A stretch of DNA of 63,966 nucleotides, counting the filler, from Malassezia furfur (Eukaryota): the NCBI GenBank assembly GCA_052055015.1. It is 3 parts of 3 records of this genome, joined end to end, with 100 filler letters (N's around TTAATTAATTAA, not from the genome) between each part and the next. Parts side by side here need not be neighbours in the genome. Positions count along the whole stretch, not along the records: positions 1 to 24,890 come from JBQJIT010000138.1; 2 more parts are not named here. One strand, 5' to 3'. Made by a program: the position numbers and the translations under genes. Positions 1-10,022 of this stretch are shown here, piece by piece (positions within the stretch are counted from its first letter, which is position 1; every line of letters starts with the position of its first letter). Below the pieces are notes generated by a model. The model did not search any database and had not been told where the DNA came from. It saw nothing but the letters and a program-made list of their open reading frames with translations.

Positions 1-1691
1 ACGGCGTCGGCGACCGCCGTGCACAGCGCATGCGGCGTCGGGGCGTCGGCGGGCGGCGCGTGCGCTCGCGCGTGCGCGGCGTACTCATCCGCAAGGCGGA
101 AGAGCTCGGCACGCATGCGCGCAAAGCCGCTAGATAGCGTGCCCTCGAGGGGCGCATGGATGCGCAGCACGGCAGTATAGGTCGCGGCGTACGCGTGAAA
201 GACGCGCTGGAGCGTGTCCGCAATGGGCTCCTTGCGCTGCGCAAGGTCCGTCGGCGTCTCGTCCGCGGGCGCCGTCCACCATTCGAGCAGGCTTGCGCTG
301 CGCGGCGCCGTGGTGCGTCCGACGCCCAGCGCCGCGAGCGCATGCACCTCGGCGTCGAGCGCGCGCGCAATGAGCGCCCATGTCGCAAGCAAGGGACGCA
401 TCAGCACCGACTCGAGCTCGGGCGCGAGGCAATGCCGCGCGCGGGCGGTATCGAGGAGCGACTGCAGGAGCGTCGCCAGCACCACGAGCTCGACGAGGGG
501 CAGGGCTGGCACGGCCAGCACCGCGTCGCACATCTCGTGGAAGTGCGCAATAGCTGGCTCCATCACCTGGCGCCACGTCTCGTTCGTGACGGCGGCGTGT
601 GTGCTGTGCTCTTCTGCCTCGTCCGCCGACAAACTCAGCATCGCGCTGGGCGGCAGTGTATCAGGGGCGTCGCGCATGCCCACCGCGGAAAAGAAGCGCG
701 CGAGGAACGCGTACTCGGAGCACGCCGTGTCGGTAAATACGAGTGCGAGTGTGTGGAAGAGGTGCTCGGGCGAGGCGCGGAAGTGGCCGTCCTCGCTCAT
801 GTATGCCAGCACCGCCGGCGCGGCGGCCGTGTGCGCCTGCGCAAACTGCAGGCGCTCCGTCGGGAAGGGCGGCGCATGCCGCACGGCGGCGGCGACGGTC
901 GTTGTCGCCTCGGTCCAGCGCGGCAACAGACGCCGCAGCTCGCGCACGTAGCGGCGGAACGCTGTCTCGTAGTACAAACGCGCCGCATTGGCGTACGCCA
1001 GCTGCACTTCGCCGGCCGCGCGCGGCGCATGCGCCGCGAGAAAGTGGTACAGCGGCTGATTGTGAGGCAGCAGCACGGAGAACTGCAGGATAGGCATCGT
1101 CGTCGCGACCGACGTGCGCAGCGGCTGCACGAGCGCGAGCAGGTGGGGGCGGATGCGTGCGACGGCGAGGCGCTGTGCCTGCTCGCCAACGGCACGCACC
1201 TCGGCGAGTGCCGCGGCATCGGCGCCCGGTGCGCCATCGTCGCGTACACACTGCAGCTGCGCATCCAGCGCACGCACCGCACGCTTCCACGCATGCACGT
1301 CGTCATCGATGGGCGTATGCAGCAGCGTGCGAATGACCGCCGGCGACAGCGCCGCGGTGTGCAGCCAGTCGCCGAGCTGCGCCTCTTCGGCGATGCGCTC
1401 ACGGAGCTGCGTGTCGAGTGTCTGCGAGGTGTCTTGGAGCTGCTGGATGTGCTCCGAGGCGGTTGTGAGCTGCGCACAGAACGACTCGAGCTGCGTGCGC
1501 ATCGCACCGAGGTTCGCCTGCGCATCGGTGACCTGCGCCGCGACCGCCTCGAGCGCAGTCTGCTGCACTTCGGGCGGTGCATCGCGCGTACTGTCCAGCT
1601 GCGCACATGCGTCGCGGCACAGCGCCTGCACGCTCGTGTTGGCCGCGCGCGTCGCGGCCTCGAGCGGCGCGGCGAGCGCTGCCCCGGCCAT
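1..1691 (-). CDS. VPS52: GARP complex subunit Vps52 (3' end runs off the window)
   Basis: Manual translation from the ATG at 1691 (MAGAALAAPLEA...) is open to position 1. It has an N-terminal coiled coil (QLESFCAQL...LQDTSQTLDTQL) and Vps52-like segments (LQFSVLL...PLYHFLAAHAPRAAGEVQLAYANAARLYYETAFRRY). Absent from the ORF track because there is no stop in the window. Confidence 0.75.
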   Translation of the reverse strand, partial: MAGAALAAPLEAATRAANTSVQALCRDACAQLDSTRDAPPEVQQTALEAVAAQVTDAQANLGAMRTQLESFCAQLTTASEHIQQLQDTSQTLDTQLRERIAEEAQLGDWLHTAALSPAVIRTLLHTPIDDDVHAWKRAVRALDAQLQCVRDDGAPGADAAALAEVRAVGEQAQRLAVARIRPHLLALVQPLRTSVATTMPILQFSVLLPHNQPLYHFLAAHAPRAAGEVQLAYANAARLYYETAFRRYVRELRRLLPRWTEATTTVAAAVRHAPPFPTERLQFAQAHTAAAPAVLAYMSEDGHFRASPEHLFHTLALVFTDTACSEYAFLARFFSAVGMRDAPDTLPPSAMLSLSADEAEEHSTHAAVTNETWRQVMEPAIAHFHEMCDAVLAVPALPLVELVVLATLLQSLLDTARARHCLAPELESVLMRPLLATWALIARALDAEVHALAALGVGRTTAPRSASLLEWWTAPADETPTDLAQRKEPIADTLQRVFHAYAATYTAVLRIHAPLEGTLSSGFARMRAELFRLADEYAAHARAHAPPADAPTPHALCTAVADA

Positions 1692-1909
1692 GGTGTTGGA
1701 AATGGAGGCGTGTACTATCGACAGGGTATCTACCACGCGCCGCCTGGCGCGTGCGCCAGCGACGAGGAAAGCAGCCGGCTCGGCGTGCGCGGCGTATCGC
1801 GCGGCGTGCCACGCATCGTCGGAGCACTCCGGCCCTGCGTGTGTGGCGTGTCGACGACGCGTGCGCGCGCACCCGGTGTCGCTGCGGCCGTGCGTGGCCG
1901 CGCGGCGGC

Positions 1910-3605
1910 TCAAGCGCCGGCAGCGCGACTGATGGGCCGCGCAGGCGCACCAGCGGCACGGCTCAGCGGCCGCGACGCGGGGCGCTTGGTGCCTGGCGCA
2001 CCCGCTGTGGGGGCTGCGTGCGCCGCATGCTCGGCAGGGCGCATGCGCGCCGGCTGCTTGTTGTTCTCCTTGGCGCTGTCCAGCTGCTCCTGCAGGTAGT
2101 CGACGAACCGCACGCCGTCCATGAGGAAGGGCATATCGTGCTCGGCTTCCCATGCAGGGATCACCCGAAGCAGCTCGTGCTCCACCTTGGGCTTCTGGAT
2201 CTTGACGCGCTTGCGCATCTTTTCCTCGCGCAGCAACCGCCCCGGATCGCCGCGGTTGTTGCGCCCAAGGAGCCGCGAGCCGTCCTGCGCACTCTCCTCG
2301 AGGGCGCGCGCCTCGTTGCAGATCTCCTGATACCGCCCAATCAGCGCAAGCAGCGGCGCACGCTGCTCGAGCATCTCGCCGAGCCGCGCGCACATCTGCT
2401 CGTGCTGCGCAAGGATCGCATCGTAGTCAAACGTCGTGTCCGATTCGGCGTCGGGCAGCTCAAGGAAGTAGGCGGGGAAGAGCGTGTGCCGCTCCGCCTC
2501 GGACATGAACAGCGCATCCCACTGCTCCCAGATCTGTTCGCGCGTCTTGGCGATAAAGAGTGTCATGTGCTGCGACTTGAGCGCGCGCATCTTGTCGAGT
2601 TCCTCTTTGTACTGGGGTCAGTGGTGGGGACAGACGTACCACGTGCACGACCTCGAGCGTGCTTCCCCGGTGATCCAGCACAAACGCATCCATCTCGGCC
2701 TCGGGCACATCGAAGCGCATCCACAGCTCGCACAGCTCGTCGTAGTACGTCTGGATGTTGGTCTCGCGCTGCGTCTTCTCCGCCTCGAGCGCGGCGCGCT
2801 TCGCGTCGCACTGTGCAAGCACGTCGTCCGTCGGCTGCAGCAACGGCGCAGCAGGGCCGTCGGCACTCGGAGCGGGCGCCTCGCTCGGGACAAACTCGCC
2901 ACGGAACGCACCGTCCTGGAGCACGGGGCGCTGCTGGGTATACCGCAAGAGCGCCGCATCCAGCGCGCCCTCCGCGCCGGGCGCCGCCTGCAGCGCCCCG
3001 TCGTCGGCGAGCGATACGGCGGGTAAGATATGCAGCTCGGCCCAGAGCTGCAATATCTCGGTAAACTGCGTCTCCATCTGCAGCTTGCGTGTGGTGTAGA
3101 GCTGCTGGACGTGCTGCCAGTGCTGCTCGAGCTGCGCGAGGCGCGCGGGCGTCACGTCCTCGTACGTGCCATGCGCAGGCCCGGGAACAGGCAGGGAGCC
3201 GCCGGCGCTCGACATACACGCGTCGAGTGTATGGATTTGGTCCATCACCAGCGTACACTGCTCGCGCTGCGCGGTGTAGGTGCGCTCGAGCCGCGCCTGC
3301 TCCTCCTCGAGCTGCGCGGCCTGCGCGAGCAGCGGCGTATCGGCCGCAGGGGTACTTTGTCGCTCTGTTCCCGTCGCTGCGAGCAGCTGTGCAATCGCGC
3401 GCTCGCGCTCTGCACACTGCTCAGCGACGCGCGCGACGTCCGCCTGGACGACGCGGAGTTGTGCGTGGACAGCATCGTGGATACACGTCTTCAACGAAGC
3501 CATCGCTTTCTCAAGCTCGGCAGGTGGACTTCCTAGCTGCGCATGAAGCGCCGCTAGTTCGGCGCTCGATGCATCGATCAACGCGCTCAGCGTTGAGGCG
3601 TCCAT
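1910..3605 (-). CDS. ASE1: Ase1/PRC1/MAP65 spindle midzone microtubule bundler; one intron 2612-2639 (28 nt); frame continues past the TGA to 1730
   Basis: MAP65 core motifs (ELCELWMRFDVP, IWEQWDALFMS, EESAQDGSRLLGR...LLREEKMRKRV, WEAEHDMPFLMDG). A GTACGT...CTGAC-CCCAG intron joins ORFs 2460..3800 and 1910..2590 in frame. Confidence 0.85.
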
Positions 3606-3727
3606 CGTGCGCCGCGATGGTCGTGGGCGCCGTGTTGCTTTCGCACGTGCCGCGCGCGCGTCACCAACACTATCACGTGATATACGCGTCGCGCGCGTCC
3701 GGGATGCGTGGGCGGCTGCAAGCGACG
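3606..3727. promoter_or_regulatory. Bidirectional ASE1 / NUD1-like promoter with TCACGTGA E-box and ACGCGT (MCB-like) site
   Basis: TCACGTGA at 3673-3680, ACGCGT at 3684-3689 and further CGCG runs within a 122-nt divergent gap. Confidence 0.5.
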
Positions 3728-6262
3728 ATGGCGTCCGAGGAGGGCACGGTGATCCACCGCTCGGACGTGTCGACGCTCCCGCCCATGTTCCAGCCGGCAT
3801 GGAAAGCGTCGCCAGCGAAGGGGCGTGAGCGGCTCAATGCGATCGGCGGCGACATGTTCTCCCCGATCAAGCTCCAGCAAATGTTTCAGTCGCCCAGCAA
3901 CAGCGTGCGGCAGCCGAGCGCGGGCAAGGGAGCTGGCGCGGGTCCGCTGCGTGCGGGGCGCACCGGCGTACCCACCACGTCGTCTTCGACCCCGCTTGCA
4001 CCGCGTGAGGTCCGCCGCGTATCGCGCGACGCGCCGCCGCCGTCGACGCCCGGCGGACCCCATGTGCCACTGCGCCTCTTCAACGTTCAGTACGACACGC
4101 GCGTTCGCAGCGGACTCGAGCAGCTCGTGGAAGAGCATGATACCCACGCCGCGGACGCCTCGCACGCCACGGACGCGAGTACGCTGCAGCACATGCGCCA
4201 GAGCAAGCGGCTGCGTCGGCACTCCAAGCCGCCGGCGTCGCCCGAGGCCGCAGCATGGCACGCGGATGCGCCCGAGGCGCCCACACCATCGGCTGCGCCT
4301 GCTGCACGACAGCGTGTCCCGCTCGCATACCGCAGCACCAACACGCCGGCCGATACGCCGCCGTCGCTGCCGCGCTCCATCCTCAAGAGCAAGCCCGAGT
4401 CGCTGGGGCGCACGCCGTCGCGGTCGATCAGCTTTGCGGACGAGCGCGGCGCGCAGATGCGCGGCGGCGATGCACATGCGACGCCGCGCGCGACGCCGCG
4501 CGTGGCGTCCGTGTCATCTGCGCACGTCACACCGCGCACCGCGCGCCTCGACACGGTGCTGGCCGAGCTCGAGGAGCTGAACGTGACGCACGACACGCCG
4601 CGGCCTGCGCGTGCGCGCCCACTGAGCGCTGCGCGTACGTATGATGCGCTGGACACGTCGACGCCGCGGGCTGCGCGCACAATCGACGCAGACCGCTCGG
4701 CGGTGAGCGGTGCGTCGTTCCGGCTGACGCGCGAGCGGCTCTTGGAGCTGCTCACGGATGCGGCGCCGTGGGAGCCCGACTGGGCGCGTCTCGCGCGCGT
4801 CGACCTGCGTGCGCGGCGCCTCGAGTCGTGCATCGGGCTGGAAGACTATGTGCCGCACGTCGAGGAGCTCTGGATCGACCACAACCGCGTGGCGTTTGCG
4901 ACGGGCGTGCCGCCGTCGGTGCGCACGCTCACTGCGTCGCACAACTGCTTCTCGGAGCTCGCGTCGTTTGCGCACCTGCGCCGCCTCGAGGTGCTCGATG
5001 TGAGCGCGAACGAGCTGACGTCGCTCGCGGCGCTGGCGGATCTGCCTGCCCTTGCGGAGCTGCGTGCGTCGCACAACCAGCTCACGAGCCTGCACGGGCT
5101 CGAGCAGCTCACGCGCCTCGAGTGCGTCGACGTGCGCGACAATATGCTCGGCGGCGCACTGGCGCTCGGTGCGCTGCACTGGCCGCGCATCACCACGCTG
5201 CGCGTCGCGCGCAATGCGCTCACGCGCCTCGAAGGCCTCGCGACGCTCGCGACGCTCGAGACACTCGACGTCGAGGACAATGCGCTGACGCGCCTCGGCG
5301 TGCCGCTCGCGCGCCTGCACACCCTCCGGGTGAGTGGCAACGCGGCGCTGCACACGCTCGACATTGCACGCGCGCCGCAACTGCGCACGCTGTACGCAGA
5401 CCGGTGCAGCTTGGCGCGTGTCGACGGCGTCGAGGACGCCGCGGCACTCGAGCGCTGGTCGCTGCGGCAGCAGCACGTGCGCCTCGCCGTGCCGCTCGCG
5501 AACCCGGCGTCGCTCGCGCGCCTGTTCTTGTCCGGCAATGCGCTGACGGATGCCGAGGTGCTGGGCGCGCGCGCGCCGCGCCTCGTCTACCTCGAGCTCG
5601 CGGGGTGCCAGCTGACGAACGTGCCGCGCCGCCTGCCGCGCCAGACACCCGTGCTGCGCACGCTCAACCTCGACCACAACCCGCTCGCCGCGCCGCCGCC
5701 GCTCGCGTCGTGGCCGCGGCTCAAGCGGCTGAGCGTCGTGGGATGCCGCGTGCCGCGGCTCGAGGCGGTGGTGCACGCCATCGACGGCCACGACGCCCTG
5801 TGCGTGCTCGACGTGCGCATGAACCCATGCACACTCGGGCTCTACCCGCCGGTGCTGCTGCCCGTGCCGGCCGGCGCCGCGGACGACGAAGTGCTGCCGC
5901 CCGTGCCGCACCCATCCATCGCGCAGCCCGACACCGAGGCGGCGCTCGACGCGGCGCTCGCGGCGCGGCGTGCTGCGGCGCAGGCGCTTGCGGACCGCTC
6001 GCAGTTCCACAAGCGCACCATGCTCCTGGCGCCCGAGCCGACCGACGACGTGCGCGAGCAGTCTGGGCGGCGCGCTGCGGCGCTGTTTGCCGCGGCCGAC
6101 GAGCGGTTCGTCGCCACGCTCCCGCCCAAGATCGCAACGCAGCGCGCCGTGTACCGCGGCCTGTGCGGGATGGCGTGTGCGTCGCTCACGTGGCTCGACG
6201 GCCTCGAGATTGCGGATGCCGATGTGGCGCGCGCGGCGCGCAATGTACACAGAACACGGTAG
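3728..6262 (+). CDS. Leucine-rich-repeat spindle pole body scaffold, Nud1/Cdc11-like
   Basis: Ser/Pro-rich N-terminus with [11 protein letters not shown] and [11 protein letters not shown] motifs, followed by a long LRR array ([39 protein letters not shown]) and an LRR cap (LTWLDG). Confidence 0.7.
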   Translation: MASEEGTVIHRSDVSTLPPMFQPAWKASPAKGRERLNAIGGDMFSPIKLQQMFQSPSNSVRQPSAGKGAGAGPLRAGRTGVPTTSSSTPLAPREVRRVSRDAPPPSTPGGPHVPLRLFNVQYDTRVRSGLEQLVEEHDTHAADASHATDASTLQHMRQSKRLRRHSKPPASPEAAAWHADAPEAPTPSAAPAARQRVPLAYRSTNTPADTPPSLPRSILKSKPESLGRTPSRSISFADERGAQMRGGDAHATPRATPRVASVSSAHVTPRTARLDTVLAELEELNVTHDTPRPARARPLSAARTYDALDTSTPRAARTIDADRSAVSGASFRLTRERLLELLTDAAPWEPDWARLARVDLRARRLESCIGLEDYVPHVEELWIDHNRVAFATGVPPSVRTLTASHNCFSELASFAHLRRLEVLDVSANELTSLAALADLPALAELRASHNQLTSLHGLEQLTRLECVDVRDNMLGGALALGALHWPRITTLRVARNALTRLEGLATLATLETLDVEDNALTRLGVPLARLHTLRVSGNAALHTLDIARAPQLRTLYADRCSLARVDGVEDAAALERWSLRQQHVRLAVPLANPASLARLFLSGNALTDAEVLGARAPRLVYLELAGCQLTNVPRRLPRQTPVLRTLNLDHNPLAAPPPLASWPRLKRLSVVGCRVPRLEAVVHAIDGHDALCVLDVRMNPCTLGLYPPVLLPVPAGAADDEVLPPVPHPSIAQPDTEAALDAALAARRAAAQALADRSQFHKRTMLLAPEPTDDVREQSGRRAAALFAAADERFVATLPPKIATQRAVYRGLCGMACASLTWLDGLEIADADVARAARNVHRTR

Positions 6263-6264
6263 GA

Positions 6265-7085
6265 CTACGTAATGCGACGCAGCGCGCGCTCCACGAGCCG
6301 GTCGAGCATCGTGGAGCTCAACACGCCGTCGCTGCCCGACGCCGCGTCCAGGCGCTGGAACTGGCCGAGGATCGAGCGGTAGACGTACTTGCCGACCATG
6401 TCGAACTCGACGTTCACCGCGTCGCCCACGCGCTTCGTCGGCAACACAATGTGCTCCTGCGTGTGTGGGATGAGCATCACGGTGAAGTCGACCGTCTCGG
6501 TCGTGGGGATCACGTCGTCGGGCGCCGTGAGCGCACCGCCGTTCGGCGGCGAGACGTCGATGAGCGTCAACGATGTGCCGTCGAGCGTCACAAAGCCCTT
6601 GGGCACAAGGTAGGGCGACAGCGTCGAAGGCAGCGGCAGCGTATCGACACCAGGGCGCGGCGCGTCGTACTGCAGCCGCAGCGTCAGCGTCAGCGCCGAC
6701 TCGTTCGGCTCCATCGCCACCAGGCGCGCGATGGTATCGACGTGGCCCTGCACGATGTGGCCACCGAACCGCGTGTGCGAGGACATGGCGCGCTCGCAGT
6801 TGACGCGCGAGCCAGGCGCCAGGTCGCCCAGATTGCTGCGGAAAAGCGTCTCGGGCGCCAAGTCCACACGGAACCAGCCCGCCGACGCGTCAAAGTGCGT
6901 CACCGTAAGACACACACCGTTCACCGCAATGCTGTCGCCGGTATGACAGTCATCCAGGATCGACGCCACGTCGCCAATCGTCACGGCGTACGAGCCGCTC
7001 TCGGCATCGTGCTGCGTCACGTCCGTCACTCGCCCAATCGTCTCGACTGCGTCAGTGCGCCGCACGTACCCAGGCCCGTGAACAT
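6265..7085 (-). CDS. RIB5: Riboflavin synthase; intron 7047-7069 (23 nt)
   Basis: Splicing restores the invariant N-terminus MFTGLVETIG. Lumazine-binding repeats: [46 protein letters not shown]. Confidence 0.95.
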
Positions 7086-7119
7086 GGTGGAGTTGTGCAC
7101 GTCACGTGTCGTCACCACC
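7086..7119. promoter_or_regulatory. 34-nt bidirectional RIB5 / BUD31 intergenic region centred on GTCACGTG
   Basis: GTCACGTG at 7101-7108 between two well-defined start codons, each preceded by CCACC. Confidence 0.55.
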
Positions 7120-7633
7120 ATGCCGCGCATCCGCACGACGCAGACGCGGCCGCCGCCCGAGGGGTTCGAGGAGATCGAGCCGATCCTCGAGGAGTATGAG
7201 ACCAAGATGCGCGACGCGGAGAACGAGACCCACGAGGGGAAACGCAAGGCAGAATCCGTGTGGCCGATTATGCGCATTACGCACATGCGCTCGCGCTACA
7301 TCTACGATCTTTTCTACAAACGCGAGGCCATCTCGCGCGAGCTGTACGAGTGGCTGCTCGAGCAAAAGTATGCGGACGCCGCGTACGTATCGTGTCTCAC
7401 GCAGCCTCATTGCGAAATGGAAGCGGTCGGGCTACGAAAAGCTGTGCTGCGTGCGCTGCATCCAGGCACGGGTACGTGGCACTGCTCACGCAGGACATGA
7501 ATTACGAGGGGTCGACGTGCATTTGCCGCGTGCCCAAGGCACAGCTGCGACCAGGCACGTTTGTAGAATGCGTGTATTGCGGTGCGTACGCAACACTGAC
7601 GCAGGGTGTCGCGGGTGCAGCTCGGCGGATTAG
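7120..7633 (+). CDS. BUD31: Splicing factor Bud31/Cwc14 (G10 family); introns 7383-7404, 7472-7493, 7582-7604 (22, 22, 23 nt)
   Basis: Spliced protein reads MPRIRTT...[32 protein letters not shown]...[20 protein letters not shown]...CICRVPK...[14 protein letters not shown], the G10 Cys-rich signature. Confidence 0.95.
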
Positions 7634-7847
7634 CGTTCATAGAATAGGAGCTGCGCGGGGAGTCGATGCCACAGGATGCTTCCTGCATGCACACTTGTGC
7701 TTGGCGGTGGCGACTTGCAGGCGCCGCGCAGTGTGCACCGTGCACGCGCCCGCAGATCTCGTCCGCGTTCGCCGCGCTGGACGCGACGCGCCCTCCACAC
7801 TGTGCCCTCCACACCTACCTCTCCACGGCGATCCCAAACACGGTCCC

Positions 7848-10004
7848 ATGGTGACTGCCCCCGCGAACGACGCGCCGCCTGGCGAGCCCACGTCCCCGTT
7901 ACCGACTGGCGGCGATCCCAATGCAGGTATTCCGCCTCCCGAGGGTCCTGCGGCCGTCCAGTCCAACGAGCAGTGGATGATGCGTCTCAATCGCGAGGGG
8001 CTTCCCATGTGCAAGGACCTCCACGGCCTGTACACGACGATGCTCATTTCGCTGTCGGACCGGTGGCCGGACTGGCGGTACAGTCTTGCATTTGTGCTTG
8101 CCGCGGCTGTGCAGCGGATGCAGGCGCTGCAGTTTGTGCAGATCGTTCGCGACTCGGCGGGGGGGATGCAACACATGCTGTCCCTGAGCCAGATCAAGAC
8201 GTCGTTCATCATGAGCTCCGAGACCGCCTGGCGCATCTGCCATGCATTTGTGGATGCGTGCCTCCTGGAACGGCTGCCGCGCAGCGATGGCGACGTGTAC
8301 GCGCCGACGCCCAAGGGCCTGCACATTGTGGACCGCTTCGTGACGCGACATGGAATTGCGACGCGGTCGGTGAGCAACCTGCTCAATGTGCACGAGGTGT
8401 GCGACAAGATGCTCTTTTTGGAGCGGGACGAACAAGACGACGTGATGCTCAGCGACGCCGTGGTGCGCATCGTCTTCCACCGCCTCGTCGGCCTGGGCCC
8501 CGACCGGACGGAGCCGAGTGCGCTCGGCGTCGCGATGGAGCCGACGCAGGCCATTGACGAGTCCGGTGCACTGTACATGACAGCGCGCTTCCCGTCTACG
8601 GATGCGCTCTCGTGGCTCGTCAACTACACGACACTCGTTTCGATGGACGAGGCCGCCGTCCTCCTTGCGCATATGGTGCGTCTCGGCTGGCTCGAGCCCG
8701 AGCTGCACATTGCGCCGGAGCAGTCGAGCCGCGTTGCAGTGGTGCGCATCGAGGATCCGACGCTGAGCAACAACGAGGCGCGGCAGGGCGAGTTTGTCGA
8801 AGGCGAGATCTACCACGTCACCGAAAAGGGCGCGTCGGTTGCATGGCACTTTGACTGGGACGAGACGGCACTGTCGAACAGTGCGCCGCCGCGGCCGCCC
8901 ACATCCATGTCGGACGCGCAAAAGGCGCACGAGATGCATGCCGTCTCGCCGCGTATCGATACGGCAGAACTGTACAACGAGTACACCAGCCGCGGGCCTT
9001 ACTCGCAACAGCGCGCAGTGTCGCCGAGCCGGTCCCCACTGCAGCACCTGTCTCCCTACATGGGCATGTCGCCGCTGCCGAACACGTCGCCGCTGCCAGG
9101 TGAGGCACCGCTGCCCAAACCATCGCCAGTCGCGACGTCGGCACCGTTGCCCAACACCCAAGACACAGGGCGGGCGCCAGCGGGGAGCTTTGCGACTGGC
9201 CTGGGGCTGGGCCTCGGTCCTCGTGTGGATGAGGTCTCCAGCGCTCCGCAGTCCACGGCCCCGCGCGCCCCCTCGCCCGCGCCGCGCCCTGCGGAGCCTA
9301 GCAAAGCTCCCACAGCTGCGCCTACAAGCGCATCCGCGACGGCACCCGGTTTGGTTAATGCGACCGTCGCGCCTGTGCCTAGCAGCGATGTGCCCACTGC
9401 TGCACCTAGCAACGCACCGGCGTCCGCACCTGCGCCCGTGCGCAGTGCGGCGGCGCCCGCGGGGACGACGCACGGTCCGCCTTCGCTCGCGTCGATCCTC
9501 CACACGCCCAACCTGCGTCGCGCGTTCGCGGCGTTCTTGTCGGCGGGCAACAACGAGGCCATGCTGCAATTCTGGTGCGAGGTCGAGTGGTTCCGTCACG
9601 ACTGCCGCGTCGCATCGAGCGGCGCTGCACCTGCCCCGCCGGTCAGTGACGTGGTCGCGGAGTTGCCCGCGCGCACACCCATCGCGGCCGCCGCCGATGG
9701 GCCCACACAGCGGTCTGCTTTGCGCTTGGTTCTTGAGGACCGTGCGCGCACGCGACTGTCGACGTTTGTTACGCCGGATGCGGCGCAGGCGCTCCAGATC
9801 GACGTCGAGCCGCTGGCGCAGGCGTTCCGTGCATACACGTCGCCGGCCACGCGCGCGCCCGCTGGCTCGTCAGAGGCTGCGCGGGAGAACGAGGTGCAGC
9901 TGGCACAGCTCTTGATGCAGTGCGCGGCGGCCCAGAAACAGGTCTTTGCGCTTCTCGCCGAGCGTCCGCGGCGGCAGTTTTTAGCGGCACGCGGCGAATT
10001 GTAA
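7848..10004 (+). CDS. DEP/RGS domain regulator of G-protein signalling (Sst2/FlbA-like), divergent
   Basis: N-terminal fungal DEP-like region (FVDACLLE...YAPTPKGLHIVDRF, MLFLERDEQDDVML), a second DEP-like segment (FPSTDALSWLVNYT) and an RGS box (LASILHTPNLRRAFAAFL...LQFWCEVEWF). Confidence 0.7.
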   Translation: MVTAPANDAPPGEPTSPLPTGGDPNAGIPPPEGPAAVQSNEQWMMRLNREGLPMCKDLHGLYTTMLISLSDRWPDWRYSLAFVLAAAVQRMQALQFVQIVRDSAGGMQHMLSLSQIKTSFIMSSETAWRICHAFVDACLLERLPRSDGDVYAPTPKGLHIVDRFVTRHGIATRSVSNLLNVHEVCDKMLFLERDEQDDVMLSDAVVRIVFHRLVGLGPDRTEPSALGVAMEPTQAIDESGALYMTARFPSTDALSWLVNYTTLVSMDEAAVLLAHMVRLGWLEPELHIAPEQSSRVAVVRIEDPTLSNNEARQGEFVEGEIYHVTEKGASVAWHFDWDETALSNSAPPRPPTSMSDAQKAHEMHAVSPRIDTAELYNEYTSRGPYSQQRAVSPSRSPLQHLSPYMGMSPLPNTSPLPGEAPLPKPSPVATSAPLPNTQDTGRAPAGSFATGLGLGLGPRVDEVSSAPQSTAPRAPSPAPRPAEPSKAPTAAPTSASATAPGLVNATVAPVPSSDVPTAAPSNAPASAPAPVRSAAAPAGTTHGPPSLASILHTPNLRRAFAAFLSAGNNEAMLQFWCEVEWFRHDCRVASSGAAPAPPVSDVVAELPARTPIAAAADGPTQRSALRLVLEDRARTRLSTFVTPDAAQALQIDVEPLAQAFRAYTSPATRAPAGSSEAARENEVQLAQLLMQCAAAQKQVFALLAERPRRQFLAARGEL

Positions 10005-10022
10005 TTAGGAATCTCCTCCACC

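Noticed and set aside
156..2099. Long antisense or off-frame ORFs (for example 156..2099, 42758..44305, 53066..54688, 58358..60565)
   Set aside because: Shadows of real genes caused by high GC and codon bias; Arg/Ala-rich with no motifs.
7260..7847. Apparent BUD31-RGS fusion in ORF 7260..10004 (likewise the long N-terminal extensions of ORFs 3089.. and 47276..)
   Set aside because: Chance open frames. Spliced BUD31 ends at 7633 and the RGS gene starts at 7848.
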